A DNA stretch of 64,000 nt, taken from contig NC_057718.1 in the NCBI RefSeq assembly GCF_004010195.1, forward strand, positions 19,916,351 through 19,980,350, read 5' to 3'. Source of the stretch: Chiloscyllium plagiosum (lineage: Eukaryota). Positions 50,941-63,499 of the stretch are shown in pieces (position 1 is the first letter of the stretch; every line of letters starts with the position of its first letter). Both the position numbers and the translations under genes were made by a program. A model generated the notes under the pieces. The model was not told the origin of the DNA. It saw only the letters and a program-made list of their open reading frames with translations, and made no database searches.

Positions 50941-51487
50941 CTAGATGTACAAAGGGAAGAGATCACATATTAATGTCAACAACATACATTAATTCACCTA
51001 TTCAATCCCCAACCTTCAGGCTCTGGGTCAATAAAGTCCCTTAGTGGTTGCCTGTCCTATCAACTGTTAAGTGCTTACTATTTTTTAACATTATTCATCT
51101 TTAAATTTACCAGCAAATTATGCAGAGACATTTTAAGAATTATTTTATGCCATTTCTGGTTTCTATTAAATTGATCAGAACCCAATTACAGTCTTTCAGA
51201 ATTTCAATTCCTTTGCTTGCAATGCACAATGATTAGATTCAGAATAAACTTTTGATAGGCCAAGTTGATGAGGAAACAGGCAACAGTAGGGACTGAGAAT
51301 GGTGGTATTGGCTGTATTGAGCAGTCTGTTCAATGTAATAGTTCAAAGTACATAAAATAAAGTCAACATTATTTCAATACTAACATCAGTTTGTCAATGG
51401 GCAAGGATAAAAGAACCTGCAAGCGAACACTGCCAAATTAAAGTTGTGGGGATGAACAGCAAAATAAACTTGTAAAAGTCTGTTACC

Positions 51488-52115
51488 TGGATGTAGGTTT
51501 ACTCGCTGAGCTGGAAGGTTTGTTTTCAGACGTTTTGTCACCATAGTATGTAATATCTTCAGTGAGCCTCTGAATGAAGCACTGTGGTGTAGCCTGCTTT
51601 CTATTGATATGTTTGAGTTTCCTCAGTTGATGATGTCATTTCCTATGATGATATCATTTCCTATGGCGACGTCATTTCCTGTTCTTTTTCTTCGGGGGTG
51701 GTAAATGGGATCCGGTTGGTAGAGTTCCGGTTGGAATGCCATGCTTCTAGGAATTCTTGTGCGTGTCTTTGTTTGGCTTGTCCTAGCTTGGATGTGTTGT
51801 CCCCGTCGTAGTGGTGTTATTCCTCACCCGTATGTAAGGATACTACTGAGAGTGGGTCATGTCATTTTGTGGCTAGTTGATGTTCATTTATCCTGGTGGC
51901 TAGTTTTCTGCCTGTTTGTCCAACGTAGTGTTTGTTATATAGGAAATGATGTCACCACAGGAAATGACATCACCAACCATAGGAAACTCAAGCATATCAA
52001 TAGAAAGCAGGCTACACAACCAGTGCTTCATTCACTGAAGATGTTACCTGGTATGGTGATGAAACGTGTGAAAATGAACCTTTCAGCTCAGAGAGCAAAC
52101 CTATATCCAGGACCT
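51488..52115. mobile_element. Penelope-like fragment with inverted pLTR arms
   Basis: Arms ~51488-51660 and ~51940-52112 are reverse complements; the middle on - strand reads LGQAKQRHAQEFLEAWHSN (GIY-YIG C-terminus). Confidence 0.85.
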
Positions 52116-54044
52116 CAGCGAATTTTGAGAAGATTTGTAGCTCAGGCTAAGTCTGTTACCATTAGAAACAGAGTTGTTACAACAAGAAATACAAAACTAT
52201 TCATATATAAGAAACTCTTTATTGACAGTTTTGACAGATGGGAGATGCAAGACCAAAAGACAAGGCCTCTTTAAAAAAACATGAAAAGAATTATGTTTAA
52301 TTAAATGGATCAAGATTTAGACAGCTCGTAGGCTCTGACAGCGAGTGGAGGGGAAGTTTCTCAATCTGTGAATAGATATTAAAGAAATTTTAAAAGCAAA
52401 TCCATAAGAGCGCATAAAACTGTTTCCTTAAAAACAAGTAATCATACGATGTTTAGAACAGCTTCAAAAGTCATAATTTTGGAGCATATGGATCTTTGGA
52501 GGAACTAGTTTAAATTGAGTTCATGAGACAGGTGATTGATGACGACAGAAAAGTTTCATTAGTTTGAAAATGGAATCAATTAAAATTACTCCATTCAACA
52601 CTTCTGAAATTGTGGAATCAATGTTAACAAATATAATATTGAAATTATATTCCCTGAAAACTATAAGGCCAGAGAAGAATCATATGATTCCAGAAGGGCC
52701 CTCAAAAATACAAATTTATTAAAGCCTTCTGTGAATCTGTTTGAAAATCATGAAACCTCAATGATTATTATATTTCACTGCTGCTCTGAGACCACACTTT
52801 AAATATGAAAGTAACAGATACAGATTACAAGTGCCAAGCCATAATTTGACCTTATTCCATAATTTTGTTCTGGTGGTAAATAATGTTGCACCTCTCTTTC
52901 TAGAATACAATGTGGGCTTGAAGCAGTACAAGCTTATAAACCAGCGTCTATGTCTTTAGGAAAACTGAACAAAGAAAAACAGTTTCCAAGACAGAACGAA
53001 AATAAAGTCTGAAAATAGTATTAGAATGTGAAATTTTGCACAATTAATATTGGCTTGCGATTTTCAGAGGTACACAATATACCAATGATGCATAAATTCA
53101 CAAAATATTATTCCCCAAAGTTAGTGAGACATCCATTACATAACTTACAAAATCACTTGGTTTTCCAATATTTGCCCTGTATCTATTCCTTTAAAAAATC
53201 TCAGTAGTTTCACCATAAAAAGCCACAACAGCACTGCTGTTACACATTTACTCACAAACTGAATAAATTGACATTTATCAACAGCATCTAAAATGGCAGC
53301 TCAATATCAACTGAAAAAGGATTTTGCCTCTCCACCTTTCTGTACAACCAAATGCAAAGAGTTAAATGACTGAATTCTGTCATGTAATTTGCTTAGGAAT
53401 CGTTACATCAATTGGTGATTGAAACAAGCAAAAATTCTTTTGTTCATTTCTCAGGGAGGTTCAAATCCTCTCAAGATTCAAAATGCTCAAGTAATTATGA
53501 GCTTTATAAATTCTACATGAGGAGGTCCATAAATTTAAATCAAATCTACAAATGAACAGACTTTCAAAATCCGACTGTTAATCTCATTATTATAGGATTC
53601 AGCAGCTTTTACATCAATATCAATGGAATATCTTCTGTACAGAAAGCTCAATTGTTTAGAAAATTTGACTTTAATAGTGGATTGAGCCATGTGTCATGTA
53701 AATCTTCCACATGTCTGAAAATAAAACACGTATTTTAATAAGGCTCTTTCATCCCGACATGACACCAAAATTAAACCAAAGAAAGAAAATATTATACATG
53801 CTCACCATGTAAAACATTGGAGTGAGGTCAGTATTGGGAAAGTTTTTCTGATCAGTGCCAACATCTGGGACAGACAGCAAAAGGTATCAAGCTACATCAC
53901 AAGTTAGGGAAGATTTAAAATGGAACACAACTACTAACCTCTTCAAACAAACAGAACTAGTAAGCTCCAAGTGGGCAGAAGAGGGTTGCTCCAAGCAAAC
54001 ATTAAAAAAATTAATTTGGCTATTTTAAAATGTTGATTGCTTAT

Positions 54045-54247
54045 AGATTAGATTAGATTAGATTACTTACAGTGTGGAAACAGGCCCTTCGGCCCAACAA
54101 GTCCACACTGACCCGCCGAAGCGCAACCCACCCATACCCCTACCCCTACATTTACCCCTTTAACCTAACACTATGGGCAATTTAGCGTGGCCAATTCACC
54201 TGACCCTGCACATCTTTGGACTGTGGGAGGAAACCGGAGCACCCGGT
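54045..54247 (-). mobile_element. HE1-type V-SINE, 5'-truncated
   Basis: (tagat)n tail; matches 59860-60053. Confidence 0.9.
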
Positions 54248-54880
54248 TATGTAATGTAATGTAAAATACTGCAATTACATTACTGCATTACATTATGTAA
54301 TGTAAAATACTGCAATTTCAGAGGAAATTTTAACCATGCCAAATGCTGCGGTCCTATCTACTGAAATTTAACATATATAGAAAAATAACAATATAACTCT
54401 CATGAGGTACTCGTCCCATTAGAGATTTGATCTCTAATACTTAAGATTCCACTGTGCCACTCACTAGCCATCACTATTCGGGCTTCCCTCCAACCCCCAC
54501 CTCTTCTAAACCCCAAAAATAGAAGAATTAAGGCTCGTAGTCCATTCAGAGATCTCTTTCACAGCTACCAGAACCTGCATGAAGGGCATTTTTGCTGCTC
54601 TTTGCTTCCTCAGAGAAGTACTTACCTCAGCAGCTTAACGAACATTTTATAGGCACATTTTCTAGGTACAACACACGATTCAACACACTGTCATAACAGG
54701 AGCAAACTTACATGCCGACGTGTCATTCTTCAAATGGGAAAGTGCAAGTTTCTACAAAGGTTTGGAAAAGTGGTCATAAACTGGAGATTCTAATGCTGAT
54801 GGTTTATCAAAACACGGTGAAACTTCATATGGACTGTGTGATGAATGATTGCAGAATATATCAGCAAAAGTATCACTTAC

Positions 54881-55077
54881 TTGCTGGATAACATCAGGAT
54901 ACAACATTGGCAGCCTTTCTGCTATAAGGGCTAGCCCACCCATGCCAGCGAACACCTGAAGTGGAGACTGGATAGGATTTGTTTCCAGCAAAGATTCATC
55001 CAGGACACTATCCATACAGTCATCACTTGGCTGCAAGACTTCATCTTCAGGACAGCTGGTCAGACCATCACCAAGTT
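54881..55077 (-). CDS. BIRC6: BIRC6 coding exon C (phase 1-0, 197 nt)
   Basis: ttttatgcag acceptor, gtaagt donor; (E)LGDGLTSCPEDEVLQPSDDCMDSVLDESLLETNPIQSPLQVFAGMGGLALIAERLPMLYPDVIQQ. Confidence 0.96.
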
Positions 55078-55589
55078 CTGCATAAAAGTGGATATAAATT
55101 AGCCTCCTAAACAAAACATGAAGAATATAAAGCAGTAATGCCACAGCAAAATACTGGTATTGAATCGATCCATTAACAGCCAGAGAAGGGAATGTTTATG
55201 AACATGCACTACAATGGCTATACAGGTCAAAAAAACTGTGTAGTTATTACAAAAATAAATTTAAAATAAGATTAGGAGTCAGAAGCCTTGCTCAAAGTTG
55301 CTGTTTTGCACTGCCCACAATGACGCTGACATTACACTTTCGGTTAAATTTGATTTGAAAGCTTCATTTAAGATTCAGTTTTTATTATCCTAGCAGTTCC
55401 AAGATATGTACAAAACAGACTCCAGTCTCCAAGAAACAAAATTTAAATAAACAATTTAAAACTCAAGTTCAACTCAAGGAAATCTAAGTTACAACTATTT
55501 TAGATTTCACGTTACAAAGTGACCGCTTATTTATTTATTTTGGTCTTGGATCAGAATAACGTATTTCACATTTACATAAGATAACACAG

Positions 55590-57412
55590 GATCTACGAGA
55601 CAGATGCATCTTGGCATCCTCCAGAGGACCCCAGCATCACAAATACCCCATTCACTCCACTTGTTATCAAAAAATGGCTGAAGATGCTCGATGCTGCAAA
55701 TGCCATGGCAACATGCTGGCAATAATACCGAAGTTGAGTTCCAGAACTTATTGCACTTCTGTTCATCTATGGCTACTCTGGCATCTAACTGACCATATAG
55801 AAAATTGCCCTGGTATGTCCAATACACAAAAGGCAAAACAAAGTCAAACTGGCCAAATACCACCCTATCGATATACTCAGGGTCATTAGTAAAGTAATGG
55901 AAGGGGTCATCAATAGTGCTATCAAGCAGCACTTTCTTAGCAATAATCTGCTTATTGATGTTTAATCTGGGTTCTTTCAAGGCTATTCAGCTCCTAACCT
56001 CATTATGGACTTGGTTCAAACATGGACAAAATAAGAGTTGAACTCGATAGTGAGTGTGACTGCCTTTGCCATCAATCACATTTGACTCAGTGTAGCATCA
56101 AGGAGCCAAAGCTAAACCAGAGATCAGTGGGAATTGGGAAACCTCTCCATTGGTTTCAGTCACAACTGGCAGAAAGGTAGATGATTATAGTTGTTGGAAG
56201 TCAGCCACCTCTGCAGAAGCTCCTCAGAATAGTTATTTACTGTTCAGACCCATTATGGCATGTCAAATGCTGGTAGAACTTGAACCTGGGTATTCTGGAC
56301 TTGATTCGGGGATACTACCACTGCACCAGAAGATCCTTGTTCCACATTTTCTAATCGATCTATTCAGAGATGTTATCACAAACCTCTGGAGGTGGTGGAA
56401 ATTTGAAACAGATCATCCTGGCTCAGGAGGTAGGAACATTACCACACTTCCACATCACCAGTGCCCTCAATTCCTCAGGGTAATGTTTTAGGCCCAACGA
56501 TCATCAATGACTTTCCTTCCAGTATAAGGTCAAAAATACAGACGTTTAACAATTGCACAATGTTCAGCACCAGTCACGACTTCTCAGATACTGAACTCGT
56601 CCATGCTAAATTGCATCAAGACAGGAACAATATCCTGACATATAACACTGACACCACACAAATGCTGTGGCACTGACCACTGTCACAAGAATATCTAACC
56701 ATTGTGATGCCATTGACCGTCAAGTGACAATGATTGAATTTGCCCCAATATCGACATTTTGGGGGTTATCACTGACCAGAAATGGAACTGGACTAGCCAT
56801 ATAAATACTATGGTGGGCTCCTGAAGTGTAGTGGTAGTGTTGCTATGTTCCTGGGCCAGGAAGCCCAGGTTCAAGTTCCAACGTCTCCAGAGGTGTGTAG
56901 TGATAACTCTGAACAGTTTGATTAGAATATACCTATAAATACTGTGGCTACAGGAGGATGTCAGAGGCTGGGAATCCTGCAGCATGTAATTCACTTGTTG
57001 ACTCCCCAAAGCCTGTCTACCATCCATAAGTTACAAATCAGGAGTGCAATAGATGAGAACAGCCAAGAAGCCCAATCCCATCGAGGACAAAGCAGCTTGC
57101 TTGACTGGAACCACATACGCAAACATTCACCCCTTCCACCAATGACACTCAGCAGTACAATTTGTCAAGGGCAGCAAATTACAGGGAAACACCACATTTC
57201 CCACTAAGCCACTCACAATTCTCACTTGGAAAATATCCCCATTCCTTCAGTATCACTGAATCACTCCCTAGAACTCACTCCCTAATCAAAATATAGGCAC
57301 CTCTACAAATGAGCTACAATAGTTCAAGATGGTAGCACCTTCTCCATAGCAGCTAGGAATTAGCAATAAATGCTGGCACAGACATCAAAGCCCACATTTC
57401 GAATGAATAAAA
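55590..57412 (+). mobile_element. Degraded L2-type LINE with nested short SINEs
   Basis: IPQGNVLGPTIINDFPS RT motif; tail gcaataaatgctggc...cccacatttcgaatgaataaa; SINEs at ~56245-56338 (-), ~56345-56458 (-), ~56814-56933 (+). Confidence 0.8.
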
Positions 57413-57702
57413 ACAACACAGGCCATTTCACCCAGCCAGCACTTCAGTCTCACTTGCATTTCCTGCCATCTTTTCTATCCAATTCTATTATAAACTTATC
57501 CCTTCTCTTTCAAATATTTGACCAGCTTCTTCTTAAATAAATCTACACTTTTTCTTTCAACCACTCCCAGTGAACATGGCAGTTCCTTTTGAATTTCTTG
57601 GTGTTTATGTTGTACTGATTGGGAAGTAGCATACCTAGGGCCAGAGGAAACATTCCATAACCCACTCCATAAAAATTCTTAATGTTTTGGAATGGATTAC
57701 TC

Positions 57703-57815
57703 CAGATGCTGAAATCTGTGTTGAAAACTACAAATTTTTGAGATCACAGCAGGTCAGACAGCATCCATGGAGAGAGAGCAAGCTAACACTTCGAGTCTAG
57801 TTGACTCTTCAGAGC
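57703..57815 (-). mobile_element. Degenerate pLTR-like fragment
   Basis: cagatgctgaaatctg...cagcaggtcagacagcatccatggagagagagc; relatives at ~32935-33030 and 62830-63005. Confidence 0.55.
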
Positions 57816-57817
57816 TG

Positions 57818-58160
57818 AATTCAGATTTCCAAAGCCTTTCACAATTGAGAAAATAGTCTACGATTTTATTCTTCTGACCAAAGTGCATAATCTCTCTCAG
57901 TCTTAACTGTACTCCATCTGCCACTTCTTTGCCCACTCTCATAGCCTGTCCAAGTCCTTCTGCAGCCTCTCCACTTCTTCAACACTACCAGTCCCTCCAT
58001 CTATATTTGTGTCATCTCAATTTAGCAACAATATCCACATATATTAGTGTATGACTTGAATAGTTGTGGAATTCGACTAGTCACTGACTGCCATCTGGAA
58101 AAAGACCCTTTTATCACCAGTTTCTGCCTTTTGCCAGTCATACAATCTTCTATCCAAGCC
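57818..58160 (-). mobile_element. CR1 RT fragment
   Basis: Reverse complement of the RT region seen at 41780-42000 and 58700-58900. Confidence 0.75.
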
Positions 58161-58178
58161 AATCAGGAAAAACACCCT

Positions 58179-58492
58179 TTAGATTAGATTCCCTACTGTA
58201 TGGCAACAGACCCTTTGGCCCAATAAGTCTACACTGACCCTCCGAAGAGTAACCCACCCAGACCCATTTCCCTCTGACTAATGCACCTAACACTATGGGC
58301 AATTTAGCATGGCCAATTCACCTGACCTGCACACCTTTGGATTGGGGGAGGAAACTGGGGAGCACCCGGAGGAAACCCACGCAGACACAGGGAGAATGTG
58401 CAAACTCCACACTGACAGTCGCCCGAGGCGGGAATCAAACCCGGGTCCCTGGTGCTGTGAGGCAGCAGTGCCAACCACTGAGCCACCATGCC
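58179..58492 (-). mobile_element. HE1-type V-SINE, full length
   Basis: tRNA head ggcatggtggctcagtggttggcactgctgcctcacagc...ggtttgattcccg, V-domain gtgtggagtttgcacattctccc, CR1-like tail. Confidence 0.93.
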
Positions 58493-58509
58493 AGTGGCAA
58501 TTGTGTTGG

Positions 58510-59760
58510 GGCAATAAATTAGCATAGACGATTGGCTAACGAAGAGAACAATTGTGATAACAGGGACGTTTTCAGGGTAACACTATGGAATGATAAAAGG
58601 GACGTTTTCAGGGTAACACCATGGAATGAGTAAAGTGCCACAGGGTTCAGTGCTGGAGCCATATTTATTTACAATTTATATGCATGACTTGGATGAGGTA
58701 AAGTGAATATACTATTGTCAAGTTTGCAGATTGCAGAAAAATAGACAGGAACACAAGTGACGAGAATGACCAGTGAGATATAGACAGGTTAAATGAGTGA
58801 GCAAAAGTTTAGCAAATGGAATGTAACGTGGGAAGATGGATGGTTATGCACTTTGGCAGGAATAGTACAAGAGGTGAACATTATTAAAATGGCAAAAGCA
58901 TGCAGAATACTACTGCACAGCGGAATTTCTGGGTCCTTATGCATGAATCTAGCAGAAAGGTTTAGCAAGAAATAGGAAAGGCAAATGGAATGTTGGCCTT
59001 TATTTCTAAGGGAATGGAATATAAAAATGTCTTGCTAAAAGTATACAAGGCACTTGTCAGATCACATCTAGAATACTGAGAACAATTTTAAGTCTGTTTA
59101 TCTAATGAAAGAGATACTTGCATTGGAGGTAGTTCAGTGAAGGCTCACTAGATTGATTCTAGGTTCAGAGGGATTTTCTTTTGAAGAGATGTTGAATAGG
59201 GTGGGCTTGCCCTCTTTAGAGTTTAGAAGAATGACAGAAGTGAGAGGAGACCTGATTGAAATATAAGAATTGATTCCTGAAGAAGGGCTTATGCCCGAAA
59301 CGTCGATTCTCCTGTTCCCTGGATGCTGCCTGACCTGCTGCGCTTTTCCAGCAACACATTTTCAGCTCTGATCTCCAGCATCTGCAGACCTCACTTTCTC
59401 CTGAAACATAAGATTCTCAGGGGGCTTGAAAGGTAGAGGTGGAAAAGTTGCTTCCTCTTGTGGGACTGTCTAAAATCAGAGGGCATAATATCAGAGTAAG
59501 ATATCACACAATTAAGAGATAGATGAAGAGGAATTTTTTTTCTGTCAGAGGATGGTGAACTTGTGGAATACTTTACTGCAGAGAACTGTCAAGGCTGGGT
59601 TATTAAGTACCTTCACGGCTGAGATGGTAGATTTTCAATCGTATGGGCAAAAAAGTGTTGTCGGGAAAAGGCAGGAAAGTGGAGTTGAGGATCATCAAAT
59701 CAGCCACAGCAGAGCAGAGTTGATGGATCAAATAGCTTACTGCTGCTTCTACATCTTATG
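58510..59760 (+). mobile_element. Degraded CR1 LINE 3' half with nested pLTR (59275-59401)
   Basis: gtgccacagggttcagtgctgg (VPQGSVL), aagtttgcaga (KFAD), VNLWNTL; contains a 36-nt tandem duplication at ~58563-58629. Confidence 0.85.
59275..59401 (+). mobile_element. Young solo Penelope pLTR with intact hammerhead core
   Basis: ctgaagaagggcttatgcccgaaacgtc at 59277-59304; flanks tgaaa(t/c)ataaga. Confidence 0.85.
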
Positions 59761-59857
59761 AACGTGTGTTTTTTTTTGAGGGGGTGATTCATTCCTGCAC
59801 TCACTGCAAACGCAGCTTGTAATAACTGTCCATCTCCGGATGCAAATTATGAGTAAA

Positions 59858-60182
59858 TTTAGATTAGATTAAATTACTTACAGAGTGGAAACAGGCCCTT
59901 CGGCCCAACAAGTCCACACTGATCCTACGAAGAGCAACCCACCCAGACCCATTCCCCTACATTTAACTCTTCACCTAACACTACGGGCAATTTTGCATGG
60001 CCAATTCACCTAACCTGCACATCTTTGGACTGTGGGAGGAAACCGGAGCACCCAGAGGAAACCCACGCAGACACGGGGAGAATGTGCAAACTCCACACAG
60101 ACAGTTGCCTGAGGCGGGAATTGAACCCAGGTCTCTGGCGCTGTGAGGCAGCAGTGTTAACCATTGTGCCACCTTGCCGCCC
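59858..60182 (-). mobile_element. HE1-type V-SINE, full length
   Basis: Same head, V-domain and tail as 58179-58492. Confidence 0.93.
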
Positions 60183-60566
60183 ATCTTCTAGGAATACCAT
60201 TTGTGGAACTTTAGCAATCTTGAACTTAACATTCAAGTTGCAGGTAGTGATAAATCAAGTCGGAGGAATGCCTACCCTCACAAGATTCCAAGATCTTACA
60301 AGAATTAAAAGCTTGGCCCAATGAAATTTTCTTTGTAGACTCAGTAAAACACAACTTCTGCACTTTACTAGCTGACATTTCTTAAAGACATTTTCGCTGG
60401 AATGACAATTAAGCAAAAAAAACTTTCCTAGATTCTATTGCACATTCATTTTATGAGACAAAAGTCTTGCCCCAAATCAGATTTACTGCTAAGACCAGCA
60501 TTGACAAAGATTCTATTTACTAGTGTGGGCGTTGGAGGCTTTACTGCTGAGCAAACACCCTATATA

Positions 60567-60655
60567 TTCCTGAAGGGCTTAAGTCTGAAACATTGATTCT
60601 CCTACTCCTTGGATGCTGCCTGACCTGCTGTGCTTTTCCAGCATCGCGTTCTCAA
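60567..60655 (+). mobile_element. Degenerate solo pLTR immediately downstream of BIRC6 exon B
   Basis: ttcctgaagggcttaagtctgaaacattgattctcct...ggatgctgcctgacctgctg. Confidence 0.75.
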
Positions 60656-60710
60656 CAAATACTCTATGTATGCATGAGTATTCATATGGACAATTAATAA
60701 ATGCATATAC

Positions 60711-60884
60711 CTTTGTCTGTGCGGAGACGCTTAAATGAGTCAGTTTTTGACAACACTTGGTCACAGATTACTTTAGATCCAAGTTTGACAGTCAAATCTA
60801 TTGAGCGGTAGCCTTGAGGGAGTTTGCGGTCATACAAAAGAGTTAACAGCTGGGCTAGTGTCACCTCTGCTGGCAGTGGTTGAC
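60711..60884 (-). CDS. BIRC6: BIRC6 coding exon B (phase 1-1, 174 nt); not in ORF track
   Basis: ttgtag acceptor, gtatat donor; manual translation (G)QPLPAEVTLAQLLTLLYDRKLPQGYRSIDLTVKLGSKVICDQVLSKTDSFKRLRTDK. Confidence 0.96.
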
Positions 60885-62021
60885 CTACAAAACAACATCA
60901 AGAGGTTATTTTAAGAAATCTAATCAATTATTAAATTATGATTCTAACATTTAAAAGGCCATATTGTATTTTTATTCTGTTAACACATTACCACTGGAAC
61001 ATAACACATTTATTAGCATATGCCAAATTAACACACAATAAGCTAAAAGTCTATCAAAGAGTAAAATTAAATTCATAATCACCTGAACAGGCAAACTGAG
61101 TCTCAGTTTAATGTCTTATTTGAAAGATGGAATTTCCAAAACTACAGCTTTCAATGACACCCTGCAACTCAAATTCTGTGCTTATATTTGAGTGAATGGT
61201 TCAAGGCCCATGTTAAGTCAATTTGAAAAAGGGTGTAGAAGGAGCAGTTAATATTACTGAATAATTTGGGAACAAACAAAAAAAGGTCTCAAATCCGACC
61301 ATGCTAATTTGAGACTGCGAATTCAGTCTTTCAAAGTATTTAGGAAATAAAAATCTATTGTGGAAGTCAAATTATGAAAAACGCTTAACTGGTTCACTGA
61401 AGATCTTTTATGGTAGGGAATCTGCGCTTCCCACATGATCTGGCCTATTTGTGGCACCAGTTCCACACTAATAACTCTCAAATTAACTTCTGAAGTGCAC
61501 AGTTCAGTTCCAAAGATTAACAAAAATCAAACTAGATTTCAACCTGGTTGCAATGTAAGCAAGGAATCAGGAATTCATGGAGGCAGATGATAACCCTGTA
61601 AAGTCCACCTAACATCTCGTGTCCAATGTGCAGAAACTGTCACACACGCAAGAAACAGTCTGATACAGGTATGATGCTATGAATATGTCTAACTACCAAT
61701 GACCGAGATATTTCCATTTCCATCCCTCACTGTTAAAATAGGCAGATTTTATAGTCCAACAATTTCTGCTTTCAAGCTAATGTTTCAACCAGGTCATCTT
61801 CTGATTTGCTTTTTGTAATTTTTTTTTTTGGAACTGAACTATACCCATTTCAGAAGGCAATGGCATAGGGAGGAGAAAATGTTTTGTCCCTGATGGATGA
61901 AAAATAGGCAAATTTACCTTCATCACCTGTAATCAGCTTGGGATAAAATCTTTTGGAGAATGCAAGGTATAATTTACATCTACTACTGCCGACTATTAAT
62001 CTGCTCAAAACATTTACTCAC

Positions 62022-62189
62022 CTGGTAAAAGTTTGTGGTACAGATGGAACACAGGAACACTAATTGTTTTGTTAGCAGATTCTGTAGATGAGGAAGTAGT
62101 TGCCAATTTATCAGTCATCACTCTTCCTCTCCTGGATGGCGGCCTTGGGGGTGTAGATGAAACAGCTCTCTTCGATTGGGACTTCAGAC
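62022..62189 (-). CDS. BIRC6: BIRC6 coding exon A (first in window; phase 1-1, 168 nt)
   Basis: tttatcag acceptor, gtgagt donor; encodes (G)LKSQSKRAVSSTPPRPPSRRGRVMTDKLATTSSSTESANKTISVPVFHLYHKLLP, recognisably BIRC6. Confidence 0.96.
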
Positions 62190-62829
62190 CTGATAAAGCA
62201 TGGTAGAGTAAGCCCAATGAGAAACACTCAAAAGAAACATCAGGAATCCCATGTATAGTAAGAAATTGGTATTCATAAAACTTGCTTCAAAATTGAAAAA
62301 TTTGAAGTTAATGAGATGGCAAGCTTATACTTATCAGCATACAAAAAAAGTCAGAAGCATAATACTTGCTATGTCTCTTTCATGGAGGATTTTCAAAAAT
62401 TAATGCAATGACCAAATTAAGATCTGATCTGTTTAGATGATGCGTTTAGCAGAGTCACTCATCGATACTTTATTCTTAACAGTGTCATAGAACAACCTAC
62501 TGGAGAGGACACACATTTATATATCTATAAGTAATTGATGATGCTATGCCTCCCAATTTAAATAAAGGATTGCTTTTGGTTGGGGGGGTTGAGCAGCGGG
62601 CAGAAAATCAAAGTTTAATGGAGCTAAGTCCTGAAACAAAATTTATTATGGTATTTATTTAAGTATCAAGTAGTCAATTTTAAGCCACCCTCCAAAGTAC
62701 TGTTCATTATTACTCTAATACCCTCCGATGAGCAGGAAGCAGAAAGTTTAACTCAGGATCTTTTAAAATATTGCTAACATACTATGTTGTAGGCAAGAAA
62801 AATTCCTGGGAATTCAACTATGTAAATGA

Positions 62830-63005
62830 AAAGAGGAAATGCTGGAGAAACTCAGCAAGTCTGGTAGCATCTATGGAGAGAGAAACAGTTAATATTTCAA
62901 GTCCGATGTGGCTCTCCAGAAATGTCAAATATTGTAAGGCTTGCTGAGTTCTCCGGCATTTTTTCTTTTGCTTTCAGATTTCCAGCATCAACAGTATTTT
63001 GATTT
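62830..63005. mobile_element. Degenerate fold-back pLTR-like element
   Basis: aaatgctggagaaactcagcaag ... cttgctgagttctccggcattt inverted pair. Confidence 0.6.
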
Positions 63006-63499
63006 TACATACACAAAAAATATTGCTTGTACTGACTGCGAACATCATGAAAACATTGTAGGCGAAATATATTCTGGAAGTCTCAACCTAATTCTTAGTG
63101 GGCATGATGAAGGAGCATAAAACTATTCATACAGCATAAATTAATATTACCAAATCAGACAGCTCCACTATGGTTGTTATACAAAAGGATTTATAAAAAA
63201 GACAAGGGAATAGGCAAGGTTACATTAATCTCTAACCATTCCTGCATCAACGAAAGACAAAGTTTTCCAGGAGAGGATAGGGAATATTGCTCCACACCTA
63301 AATATAATGCACTTGGCACTGCAAATCTAAAACAGTAAAGTGCTCCAACCCCCAGCATCTACTTTCCTCAGCTTAGTGAGGACAATTTCATTTAAAAAAA
63401 GGTGGGAGGACTATAGAGCAGTGATGTAATCCATACCTCACCAAACCTCAGCGGTTCTCAAGCAAGGTGGCCAGAGATCTCAACGTTGGAAGCATTGGA

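Noticed and set aside
51741..52274. 177-aa ORF with a hydrophobic N-terminus
   Set aside because: Antisense to Penelope GIY-YIG sequence and runs through a pLTR arm; a chance ORF
58430..58492. tRNA-like sequences (also 60110-60182 and 56814-56885)
   Set aside because: SINE heads joined to SINE bodies; no complete cloverleaf
58563..58629. 36-nt direct repeat resembling a CRISPR or regulatory array
   Set aside because: Only two adjacent units inside a decayed CR1; a simple tandem duplication in eukaryotic DNA
57818..58900. Possible twin-priming inversion of one CR1
   Set aside because: The two opposite fragments cover the same RT interval and are divergent, so they are independent insertions
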